Assembly (NCBI GenBank): GCA_963731745.1
Contig: CAVSWT010000032.1
Location: forward strand, 35,369-99,368
Length of the DNA stretch: 64,000 nucleotides
Direction of reading: 5' to 3'
Origin: an uncultured Ignavibacteriales bacterium
Lineage (GTDB): Bacteria; Bacteroidota; Ignavibacteria; Ignavibacteriales; Ignavibacteriaceae
Shown: piece after piece, positions 20,269 to 29,162 of the stretch
Numbering within the stretch: the stretch's first letter is position 1
Layout: each line of letters starts with the position of its first letter
Program-made: the position numbers and the translations under genes
Notes under the pieces: model-generated
Told to the model about the DNA's origin: nothing
The model's input: the letters and a program-made list of their open reading frames with translations, nothing else
Database searches by the model: none

Positions 20269-21082
20269 ATTCTTTATCTTCTTTGTATGCGAAAATATTA
20301 AGTTGTAAATCCATTGAAGGTGTAATTGCGCTGGATCTATTTATGAAAGGTTTTGTTTTGTGATCATCTGATTTTATGAAATATCTAAAGTCATTTAAAG
20401 TTAAAACCTTCAGAATCTTATCAAGATGTTGCTTTGCGTTGATAAATGAATGATATTCAATAAAAATATTATCTGCTTTTTTTAGACTAGCTCCGCAATC
20501 TTCTATTACTTCAACTTCCGCACCTTCGATATCCATTTTTAGAAAATCTATTTTAGCTTCCTTGTCCAATAATTCTTTCAGTCTTATTGATTCTACTTTG
20601 GTTTTATTAGTGTTGCTATAAATGGATCCGGAGTCAGCACCTTCTGCGCCAAATTGAATTCCATCTTTATTAATCCAGACTGCTTTTGAAAATACCTCAA
20701 CGTTATTAATTGAATTACTTTTCAAATTATTTTTTAAAATTTCTGCAATTGATGCATCAGCTTCGAAAGCTTTAATCCTTGCATGCGGAAAATATTTATT
20801 AAAAAAGATACAACTTGTGCCAACATTTGCACCGCAATCATAAATTATTGGTGAATTCGAAATCGTTTCAAACATGTAATACTGTTTAACAAAAATTTCT
20901 TTAAACTGAAATATGAAAGAAAGACAATCTTGAACTTCTATATTATATTGTAGAAATTTAATTGTCTGTTTCTTATTGCGAACAGTTCGTCCATATTTAA
21001 AAAGAAGACGTACAAATTCTCTATAATATTTATTGGTCAAAAATAACGAAAGATTGCCTGACTTTTTCTTTAAAATATTCAT
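20258..21082 (-). CDS. FkbM-family methyltransferase (full length)
   Basis: 274 aa. Contains CGANVGTSCIFF and MDIEGAEVEV. Confidence 0.8.
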   Translation of the reverse strand: MNILKKKSGNLSLFLTNKYYREFVRLLFKYGRTVRNKKQTIKFLQYNIEVQDCLSFIFQFKEIFVKQYYMFETISNSPIIYDCGANVGTSCIFFNKYFPHARIKAFEADASIAEILKNNLKSNSINNVEVFSKAVWINKDGIQFGAEGADSGSIYSNTNKTKVESIRLKELLDKEAKIDFLKMDIEGAEVEVIEDCGASLKKADNIFIEYHSFINAKQHLDKILKVLTLNDFRYFIKSDDHKTKPFINRSSAITPSMDLQLNIFAYKEDKEFVK

Positions 21083-21085
21083 TGA

Positions 21086-22288
21086 CTAATGTCCGCATAC
21101 ATAATTAAAAGCCTCATTGTAACCATTAACAACGGTATTAATATTTATTTTCTCCAATATAATTTTTTCAGAATTTTCGCCCATAATTTTTAATTTGTTT
21201 GGATTTGCCAATAAATAATTTATTTTATCTGCGAGATCATTTTCATTATCCTCTTGAAAATACTTACCATTAAATTCATCAAAAACTAAATGTTTTTCAG
21301 TTCCATCACATACGGAACAAATTATTGGTTTCGAAAAACACATCGCTTCATTAATTGAAAGCCCTCCCATTCCTGCTAAAACATAGATTGAAGATGCCTG
21401 TAAATATTTGCCTAATTGCTTATCGTCATAAACACCGCCGACAAAAACAACGTTATTTTTTAATTCCAACTCACTTGCTAAATTTTCCAATGATTTTTTC
21501 TCAGGGCCTGAGCCTATTACAATCAATTCTGCTTGATTAAATTCAGCGTTCACTTTTTTAAAAGCCTTAATGAGAAGATCCACTTTTTTCCACTTTACGA
21601 GTCTTCCTACATGTATAATCCGAAATGGGTTTTCTGAAAGAATCGGTTCTGAATTTTGAATTTCGTTTTTAACAGAAAGTAATTTTAAAGTATCGGGGGA
21701 ATTATAGGTTATAAAAATTTTTTCCTTGGACACACCATAACTTCCTAAAACATCATACGCAGCTTCTACATAATTTACATGAGCATCAACAAGATTTAAT
21801 AAATATTTCCTAAGCAGTGTTACAAAAAAAGAACCAAGGTTGTACAAAATATAATTTGCAGATTTCAAATTTTCATCCGGTTCGGGCCTAACGTTAAAAC
21901 TTATTCCATCCCAAAATTTAGGAAGCCTAAAAGGAATATCTTTATAAATCAATTTAATATTTTTTTTCCTGATTTTACTTAAAAGAAAAATGTTAAAAAC
22001 AAAAGCCAGTATATATGGCCAGGAAATCACAATAATATCCGGATTTTCCTGTTCAATAATTTTAAAAAAATCTTTAAAAAAGTATTTTTTGTAAAAAGTT
22101 TTATATTCTTCAAGTTCAATCAGTTTGAATTCGATTCCCTGATTATCCTCATGAACACCTTCACCCATTGTTTTGCTTTTTAAAACAGGGACAACAACTG
22201 TTACATTTATTCCTTCTAAACGATTTAGCTGATTTAAAACATAATTATAATAATGCGGAAGTCCGCCGAATGTAAATAAAACCTTCAT
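21086..22288 (-). CDS. Glycosyltransferase family 4-like
   Basis: 400 aa. GT-B C-terminal pattern RIIHVGRLVKWKKVDLLIKAF...GMGGLSINEAMCFSKPIICS. Confidence 0.8.
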   Translation of the reverse strand: MKVLFTFGGLPHYYNYVLNQLNRLEGINVTVVVPVLKSKTMGEGVHEDNQGIEFKLIELEEYKTFYKKYFFKDFFKIIEQENPDIIVISWPYILAFVFNIFLLSKIRKKNIKLIYKDIPFRLPKFWDGISFNVRPEPDENLKSANYILYNLGSFFVTLLRKYLLNLVDAHVNYVEAAYDVLGSYGVSKEKIFITYNSPDTLKLLSVKNEIQNSEPILSENPFRIIHVGRLVKWKKVDLLIKAFKKVNAEFNQAELIVIGSGPEKKSLENLASELELKNNVVFVGGVYDDKQLGKYLQASSIYVLAGMGGLSINEAMCFSKPIICSVCDGTEKHLVFDEFNGKYFQEDNENDLADKINYLLANPNKLKIMGENSEKIILEKININTVVNGYNEAFNYVCGH

Positions 22289-22289
22289 G

Positions 22290-22940
22290 CTAAATGTTTA
22301 AGCAATTATTTTTTCTATAAAAAACAGAAGTATAATTATTATGACTAGTAATTGGCGACATTCCAATAAAATCAATTCTTTTAAATTCGTGTTGAATTAA
22401 ATATTCTATTGCTTCTTTATATGCAGGCCGATCGGTGTTATCAAAAATTAGAACGCCATTATCAGTTAATTTATTAATACTATACTTAGTAGAATTGACT
22501 CTATCTCTCCCATCGATTATTATCATATGAAAATTAATTTCTGAATTATTTACTTCATTTGCGTACTCACCTTCTTTTGTTAAACTTTTATGTGTGAGTG
22601 TAACATTGTCCGGAAGTTTTTTCGAAATATAATCAATCCAATTTTTATCATGCTCGACTGCTCGGATAGAATTTACTCTTGGTGCATACCATAAAGTAGA
22701 ATTACCGCAACCATATTCAAAAAGATTGAATTCTTTTTTTAGCCTTTTTTCGATAAACTTAATATATGGATAAGTGCACCAAGGAATTGGTTTTCTATCT
22801 TTATCAATTGAAGTTTTAGAATTATAGCTGTTATACCAGCCGTCTTCAATTAACGCCCCATTAAGCATTAACTGAATCGGACCTCCGATTTTTAGCGCAA
22901 TTAGAATTTTCCAAACTAAATTTTTTATTTTTCTAATCAT
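22290..22940 (-). CDS. Putative class I SAM-dependent methyltransferase
   Basis: LFEYGCGNSTLWY (motif I-like) ... IIIDGRDR ... LTDNGVLIFDN. This is a weaker call than for the other methyltransferases. Confidence 0.45.
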   Translation of the reverse strand: MIRKIKNLVWKILIALKIGGPIQLMLNGALIEDGWYNSYNSKTSIDKDRKPIPWCTYPYIKFIEKRLKKEFNLFEYGCGNSTLWYAPRVNSIRAVEHDKNWIDYISKKLPDNVTLTHKSLTKEGEYANEVNNSEINFHMIIIDGRDRVNSTKYSINKLTDNGVLIFDNTDRPAYKEAIEYLIQHEFKRIDFIGMSPITSHNNYTSVFYRKNNCLNI

Positions 22941-22953
22941 ATATCATCGTCAA

Positions 22954-24462
22954 TTACTTTTTAGATTTATTAATTTCCATATTTATATTTTCTTTCCATT
23001 TGAGTGGAGATTTCCACTTATTATAAAAGCCCTTAATACTCTCAATTTCAATAGGATCATAAAATTTAAATAACATTAGTATAAACGGAAAAATTATTAA
23101 TAAAAATATTTTTAAGGATAATCTTATTAATAAATAACTTTCATTAGATAATGTTGAAATAAAATAAAAGCCAAGTCCTAAAATAAACAACTTCGCTAAT
23201 TTTATATCCTCAAAAGGAATTTTATAAAATTTATTTGAGAAGTAATACGAACCTAGATAAAGTATTATAAATGAAAACAATGTAGTATAAGCCGCCGCTA
23301 TCATTCCTATTTTTGGTATTAATATAAAATTAAGTCCGATGTTAATAATAGCAGCGGAGGTTGTTGTAATAGCGACATATTTCGTTTCTTTTGTTAGAAA
23401 CATTCCAAGGGAAGAAATGATTCTCATCCCAAAAAAGACATAAGCTAGTGTCACTAACGGGACTATTTTATAAGCCGGCCAATAACTCGGATTTAAAGCG
23501 AATACTTTAATTATTTCCATGCTGAAAACCGAAATTGCTAACCCAACCCATACAAGTAAAAATGTAAGATAGGTCATTATCTTGCTGTAATATCTTTTAT
23601 CTCCCTCTTTCTTGTACATCTTATATGCTTGCGGCATCAACGTTAAGCTAATAGGCATTATTATAAACATATTCAAAGCACCAGCAAATCTATAACCAAG
23701 ATCATATAAACCAACCATTTCATTGTTGGTAAAATATTTAATTATGTATCTATCACTTACATTAAGAAGCATCATTGCGAGAGAGCCGAATATTAGCGGA
23801 ATGCCAAATGAAATTGAAGCAAACATAATTTTTTTATCAAATTTAAATCTCATCGATTTAAAAAGCATCGGCAGAAGTAATATTAAAATGGCTATTTCTG
23901 AAATAAGATATGAATAAAGAATTCCCAAAATTTTTAGATGAGCAAATGCGACAAAATAAGCAGTAAGGGAAATAGTTAATACTAACTTTAATATGCTGAA
24001 ACTTGTGTAAGAAATTGATCTTTCATCAGCGCGCAATTTATTTAATAAAACATTAGTTATAATCCTAGCTGAAATAATGAACAAGCTAAGTTTTAAATAA
24101 AGATAAAATTTATCCGAGATTACAATTAAACCGGAAATTTGAGGCAATATTACTTCACCTAGTAAGATAAAAATAATACAAACGCCTATAGATGAAGAAA
24201 GAATGGTAAAAAAAACTTCTTTCTTTTTGTCTGTGTATTCATCAGAATTGTTTAGCATTACCAATGCTTGACTTTGTCCAAGGTTTATCAGTTCAACAAG
24301 AATTAAGATAGTAACATCTAAAATTCCAAGTTCACCAAATTCACCTAAAGTAATGTAAGTTGTGTAAATGGGAAGTAGGATTAATCCGCTGGCTTTGGTC
24401 GCAAAATTTCCAATACTATAAATTGCAGAATGTTTTAAAAAATACTTGATGTTTTCTAACAT
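22954..24462 (-). CDS. Wzx-like oligosaccharide flippase (MOP/polysaccharide biosynthesis protein family)
   Basis: 502 aa and polytopic (about 12-14 hydrophobic helices). The N-terminus SIGNFATKASGLILLPIYT is typical of the family. Confidence 0.7.
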   Translation of the reverse strand: MLENIKYFLKHSAIYSIGNFATKASGLILLPIYTTYITLGEFGELGILDVTILILVELINLGQSQALVMLNNSDEYTDKKKEVFFTILSSSIGVCIIFILLGEVILPQISGLIVISDKFYLYLKLSLFIISARIITNVLLNKLRADERSISYTSFSILKLVLTISLTAYFVAFAHLKILGILYSYLISEIAILILLLPMLFKSMRFKFDKKIMFASISFGIPLIFGSLAMMLLNVSDRYIIKYFTNNEMVGLYDLGYRFAGALNMFIIMPISLTLMPQAYKMYKKEGDKRYYSKIMTYLTFLLVWVGLAISVFSMEIIKVFALNPSYWPAYKIVPLVTLAYVFFGMRIISSLGMFLTKETKYVAITTTSAAIINIGLNFILIPKIGMIAAAYTTLFSFIILYLGSYYFSNKFYKIPFEDIKLAKLFILGLGFYFISTLSNESYLLIRLSLKIFLLIIFPFILMLFKFYDPIEIESIKGFYNKWKSPLKWKENINMEINKSKK

Positions 24463-24532
24463 TTTTAAAACGCATTTTGACGAATTGAATTTAAGTAATT
24501 CAGGTGATGATCCTTAAATGATAAAGATAATA

Positions 24533-27085
24533 TTACACGATAACTTTTTTCCGCCGGCTGAAAATAAGAGTCAGTATTAATCCAATAACAACTAAGGAGC
24601 TTAAAACCAAAGCAACATATTTACTGATATAAAAACTTGTCGGCGCATAACTAACTTTAACATCATGCTTTCCTTGGGGAATAACCATTCCCAAATAGCC
24701 GTGATTTGTTTTATATATTTTCGTTTCATTTCCATCTACAAATGCTTTCCATCCTTTAACAAAGGTATTACCGACAAAAAGGAAATTATTTCCAATGGTC
24801 TGAACATTAAGCTCTAAATTTTCATCATTATAATTAGTAACATGCGCATAAACTGTTGAATCAATTGAATCAACTTTTAAATTTTGGTCTTCCAAATAAG
24901 CTATGTTTTTAGGGTCAAAAGAATTTGCTTTCATCGAGTTTAGAACTTCCAAACCTGGTTTTTGTTCTACGTTATTAACAAAATAAGCTCTTGGCAATGA
25001 ATTTTCATTTTGATAGACATAGCTTTTCCCATTGTCACTCAATTGCTTAAAATTAGGAAATTGAGCTGGCGGTACAGGACTTCCGGTAATTACGTATTTG
25101 ACATTAAGCATTCGCCATACAGTTTCATTAACAGGACCAACTACATCTATAATATCTTGATAAGCTCTAGGTTTAATGCCTGAATAGCCATAAAAATCTT
25201 CTGTCAGAAAATAGGCATTAAAGTTTGAGTTGTTAGTAAACGAACCTGGTGATTGATCCTGCTTTAAATTTAAAATTCTGTATGGATTTTTATCATTTTG
25301 CGCTTTAATTGTTTTAATATAATCCGGTTCCTGAAAGTAATTATCTTTTGAAAGCGGCTCGTTATATTTTGCTCCCCGACTATCGATTCGCCATAAATCA
25401 ATCAACGTCAGTAAAATTGCCGTAACGACAAACATATCTCTGCTTAAACTTTTGTTTACGTATCCAAACGCTGCCCAAAATGCGATTCCCAAAAATGCAA
25501 ATGCAAACAGCAAATCACTAACAAACATTTGACTAATATATCCTGCTAAAGCCTGAAATTGCTGTGCTAATTGCTTTTGTGAACCAGCTATAGTTTGGGA
25601 ATAATCGTTGACACGTGAAGTGAACCAGTCGGTTATTGAGCCGCTAAATAAAAGAGAAATTACAAATAAGGCTGAAAAAATCAGAGCTAAATTTTTTATA
25701 GTTTTGCCCAACTTTAAATTATTTTCTTCTCTTGCAGAAAAGATACCGAGTATTCCATATCCCGCTAAAATTGGAAAACTAAGTTGAACCAGCACTAAAA
25801 TCATGGATGGAACTCTGAACTTATTGAAGAACGGCAAATAATAAAATAATAAATCAAAAAGGATAGGAAATGTTTTTCCAAAAGAAATAAGTAAAGCTAT
25901 TCCCGAAAGTATAGTTAAAAATTGTACGAAAGGTTCTTTCCATTTTGTAAAAATTCCTAAAAGCCCCAACGCAAAAACTAATATTCCCATATAACCTACA
26001 GCTACATCCACAAATGGCATTTGTCCAAAATATGTATTTACTTCAACAGGCTGGTTTTTTGTTAATTCGCCTTTGTAAGTAGATTTTCCAAATCCATAAT
26101 ATGAAGGAACGATCATAGTTAAAATTTCGCCAGGTGAAAATGACCAGCTTGTATGATATTCATAATAATTAGATGTATTTTCTTGCTGCTTTCCACTAGC
26201 CTTATCAACTATGCTTTCAGTGCCGCGAGTAGAATATGGTGTATACTCATAGATTTGTGTGATGTTATCCATCTGAATTAAAAGAGCGATTATAACTGCC
26301 ACAACAAATACAGCAGCCGATTTGATAGTCTTGGTTCTTAATTCTGATTCCTTTTTTAAAACTGAACGTAAGAAATAGTAAATATAAAATATGCCTGCAG
26401 CAAAAAATGTATAGAAAATTATTTGTGCATGAAAGCTTTGGACAAATAGCTGCAGTGCAATTATTAAAATTAAAAAGTCCAGTAATCTAATTTTATCTTT
26501 AAATCTTAATAAGATGAGAAAAATTAAAGGATACATGCATATCGCGGTTAATTTTGTAACGTGTCCGATAAAAAGAAATACTATCAACCCTGTGCTGAAA
26601 GATGTTGCAATGGCTGCAAATAAACTAATCAAAGTATTTTTGGTTAAATGCTTCATTAAGAAGAATGAAGTCACCGCAAGTACAATTAAATAAAAGCTCC
26701 ACATTGCATAACCGACCGCAAAAAAAGATGCAAATAATGAACGTATGCTTGTAACCACAACATAGATTAAATTGAACCATTTAAAAGCTGTTCCTATTGC
26801 ATAAGCGGGCATGCCGCAAAATATTAACGGATTCCATAGAGTATAGCCTTCTCCATGATTTTCGATATATGTATGCATAGCATTAGTTGCGATGATATCG
26901 CCCGACTGAAAAGTCTTGTTGCCGAAATAGAGAGGATTTAAAAAGATTAAAAAGAGAATGATTAAAGTTAAAATCACAACCCAAACATGATGTTTTTGCG
27001 GAATAAGTTCTTCCAAATTAAATTTAGAAAGAAAGTTATCCTTGGTATTTTTTTGTGCGGCTGTTCTCTTTTTAACTTTTGTCAT
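24533..27085 (-). CDS. Large polytopic membrane protein, YfhO-like (GT-C-type extracytoplasmic glycosyltransferase candidate)
   Basis: 850 aa. About 12 N-terminal TM helices, a large soluble C-terminal domain and a final TM anchor give YfhO-like architecture. It lies two genes away from a GtrB-like GT2. Confidence 0.5.
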   Translation of the reverse strand: MTKVKKRTAAQKNTKDNFLSKFNLEELIPQKHHVWVVILTLIILFLIFLNPLYFGNKTFQSGDIIATNAMHTYIENHGEGYTLWNPLIFCGMPAYAIGTAFKWFNLIYVVVTSIRSLFASFFAVGYAMWSFYLIVLAVTSFFLMKHLTKNTLISLFAAIATSFSTGLIVFLFIGHVTKLTAICMYPLIFLILLRFKDKIRLLDFLILIIALQLFVQSFHAQIIFYTFFAAGIFYIYYFLRSVLKKESELRTKTIKSAAVFVVAVIIALLIQMDNITQIYEYTPYSTRGTESIVDKASGKQQENTSNYYEYHTSWSFSPGEILTMIVPSYYGFGKSTYKGELTKNQPVEVNTYFGQMPFVDVAVGYMGILVFALGLLGIFTKWKEPFVQFLTILSGIALLISFGKTFPILFDLLFYYLPFFNKFRVPSMILVLVQLSFPILAGYGILGIFSAREENNLKLGKTIKNLALIFSALFVISLLFSGSITDWFTSRVNDYSQTIAGSQKQLAQQFQALAGYISQMFVSDLLFAFAFLGIAFWAAFGYVNKSLSRDMFVVTAILLTLIDLWRIDSRGAKYNEPLSKDNYFQEPDYIKTIKAQNDKNPYRILNLKQDQSPGSFTNNSNFNAYFLTEDFYGYSGIKPRAYQDIIDVVGPVNETVWRMLNVKYVITGSPVPPAQFPNFKQLSDNGKSYVYQNENSLPRAYFVNNVEQKPGLEVLNSMKANSFDPKNIAYLEDQNLKVDSIDSTVYAHVTNYNDENLELNVQTIGNNFLFVGNTFVKGWKAFVDGNETKIYKTNHGYLGMVIPQGKHDVKVSYAPTSFYISKYVALVLSSLVVIGLILTLIFSRRKKVIV

Positions 27086-27095
27086 TTAATTGCAC

Positions 27096-27917
27096 CTAAA
27101 TTGAAATTTGCTTTCTTGCTATGAAATTTATTCCAGAACCTATTTTATTTTCAGATGTATAATCTAAATACATCATTAATAAGGTAAAAGGCAATGTAAC
27201 TAAGTAATAAAATGGTAGAAGTATCAAAAACAATTTGGATATATTTAACAACTGCATTGGAAATTTTATTCCAAGTCTCCAAGCCTTATCACCCCAAAAA
27301 CCATAAGTATATATTGATTGAAAAATTTTAAATCCAATAGGTTCAAGCTTTGATTTTAAATCTTCAAACGAATATCCATCCCTGGCATGTTCTCCAATAA
27401 AACTCTCTTCGTCATCTTCATGAACATCACTTCCGCCGTAAATTGAGGGAGTGTTAATCAGTAAAAATCCATCATTCTTTAATGCGTTGTAATAATTTTG
27501 AAATACTTTTACATCATCTTCAATATGTTCCATTACATCGACGCAAACAATTAGATCAAATTTATTTTTATAATTAATTTGCGTAAGGTCTTCCACTCCA
27601 AACTTTACATTTTTAATTGCCCGCTGCTTAAAAAAATCCTCAGCATCGGCAATCCATTCTTTTTTTACATCCACTGAATAAATATTATTAGGTTGTAATT
27701 TTTTTGCCATGAAGTAGGAATATTGTGCATAACCGGTACCGGCATCGTAAATACTGATATTCTTATCTTTAAAAATGTTCCTAATATTTTTAAGTTCTCT
27801 TCTAACATACCAGGAACGTAAAAACATTAAATTTAATATTTTATAAAAAAGAATTCTTAAAACGGGAATTTTTTTTATTACGGAAGCAAATACTTCTTTA
27901 ATTGGATCGTAATACAT
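27096..27917 (-). CDS. Class I SAM-dependent methyltransferase with a C-terminal membrane segment
   Basis: ISIYDAGTGYAQYSYF (motif I) and LIVCVDVMEHIEDD. Hydrophobic C-terminus LFLILLPFYYLVTLPFTLLMMYL. Confidence 0.75.
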   Translation of the reverse strand: MYYDPIKEVFASVIKKIPVLRILFYKILNLMFLRSWYVRRELKNIRNIFKDKNISIYDAGTGYAQYSYFMAKKLQPNNIYSVDVKKEWIADAEDFFKQRAIKNVKFGVEDLTQINYKNKFDLIVCVDVMEHIEDDVKVFQNYYNALKNDGFLLINTPSIYGGSDVHEDDEESFIGEHARDGYSFEDLKSKLEPIGFKIFQSIYTYGFWGDKAWRLGIKFPMQLLNISKLFLILLPFYYLVTLPFTLLMMYLDYTSENKIGSGINFIARKQISI

Positions 27918-27977
27918 AACCTCAATATATCGGAAAGAGTTTTGAATTGATTTTGTAGTTCAGGGTATAAATAATTT

Positions 27978-29084
27978 TCAGCCCTTATCTTTTATGTTGT
28001 ATTCTTTTTCATTCAGAAAATTATTTACAAGCATTTCTCCAAGTAAACCCACAGAGAAAAATTGAACACCCACGATTATTAAAAGTATACCCAAAAATAA
28101 CATTGGCCTGTTGCTTAAAGGTTGTCCCGATATCCAAAGAAATGTTAAATATCCATTTACAAAAATACCAATGACAAATGATAAAGCTCCTAAAAAGCCA
28201 AACAAGTGCATTGGCCGTTTTATGTAGCGGGTAGCAAATATTACGGTAATTAGGTCTAAAAATCCTTTGAAAAATCTGGAAATGCCAAATTTAGTTTTTC
28301 CATATCTTCTTGCATGATGTTTAACTGCTATTTCGGAAATTTTAAAACCTTGCCAATCAGCTAAAATGGGAATATAACGATGCAGCTCGCCGTAAACTTT
28401 TATATTTTCAACAACTTCTTTTCTGTAAGCTTTTAATCCGCAATTAAAATCATGAATATTAATACCGCTTAAAAGTCTGGTAACAAAATTAAAAAACTTT
28501 GACGAATGCTTTTTTATAAATGGATCATGCCTCAATTTTTTCCATCCGCTTACAACATCGTAACCTTCTTCAAGTTTCTTTATAAGATTTGGAATTTCAT
28601 TCGGATCATCCTGAAGATCAGCATCCATTGTAATTACAACATCGCCCGTGGTTTCCTTAAATCCCATATGCAATGCGGCTGATTTACCATAATTTTTTCT
28701 AAAACTTATATATTTAAATCGCTTATCCTGACGGCAAATATCTTTAATATTTTTTAACGAATTATCAGTACTGCCATCATCAACAAAAATAACTTCGAGT
28801 CCGCTGCTTAAATTTTTTACAGATTTTTTAATTTCCATTGCCAGAGGGTAAATTGATTCTTCTTCATTTAATAAAGGAACTACTACTGAGATTTTTTTAA
28901 ATGAAGAACTTTCTCGTTGCTGTTGAGAATATGACGGCTTATTATAATATCTACGCCTTCTATTATAATATGGCCTTTTTGAAGAAGATGATTTCTCAGA
29001 AGAATCATTTTTCCCTTCGTTTGGTGTCGTTTCAGATCTTATTTCCTGATCTCCTTGATTCCCGTGTTTAATATTATCTTCCAA
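27978..29084 (-). CDS. GT2 polyprenyl-phosphate glycosyltransferase (GtrB/ArnC/DPM1-like) with a disordered N-terminal extension
   Basis: ISVVVPLLNEEESI, VIFVDDGSTDNS and TMDADLQDDP (DxD), plus two C-terminal TM helices. The first ~64 aa are low-complexity S/R/Y-rich (SSSSKRPYYNRRRRYYNKPSYSQQQRESSS). Confidence 0.8.
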   Translation of the reverse strand: MEDNIKHGNQGDQEIRSETTPNEGKNDSSEKSSSSKRPYYNRRRRYYNKPSYSQQQRESSSFKKISVVVPLLNEEESIYPLAMEIKKSVKNLSSGLEVIFVDDGSTDNSLKNIKDICRQDKRFKYISFRKNYGKSAALHMGFKETTGDVVITMDADLQDDPNEIPNLIKKLEEGYDVVSGWKKLRHDPFIKKHSSKFFNFVTRLLSGINIHDFNCGLKAYRKEVVENIKVYGELHRYIPILADWQGFKISEIAVKHHARRYGKTKFGISRFFKGFLDLITVIFATRYIKRPMHLFGFLGALSFVIGIFVNGYLTFLWISGQPLSNRPMLFLGILLIIVGVQFFSVGLLGEMLVNNFLNEKEYNIKDKG

Positions 29085-29162
29085 ATGATACTCTTTTAAA
29101 AAATGTATGCCAAATTAATTGAATAATCGATTAAAAACAATTTAAGCTATTAATACATTTTA

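Larger units (their letters stand above)
18057..21032. repeat. Tandem direct duplication, 2 x 1,488 bp (unit 1 = 18057..19544, unit 2 = 19545..21032)
   Basis: Base-by-base comparison at an offset of 1,488 bp. I checked both boundaries and found only 3 substitutions, at about 19088/20576, 19190/20678 and 19212/20700. The ORF track shows identical 241-aa methyltransferase sequences and FkbM copies differing at 3 residues. Confidence 0.9.

Noticed and set aside
18057-21032. Possibility that the 1,488-bp repeat is an insertion sequence or transposon.
   Set aside because: There is no transposase, no terminal inverted repeats and no target-site duplication. The content is a head-to-tail copy of resident biosynthetic genes, so it is a segmental tandem duplication.
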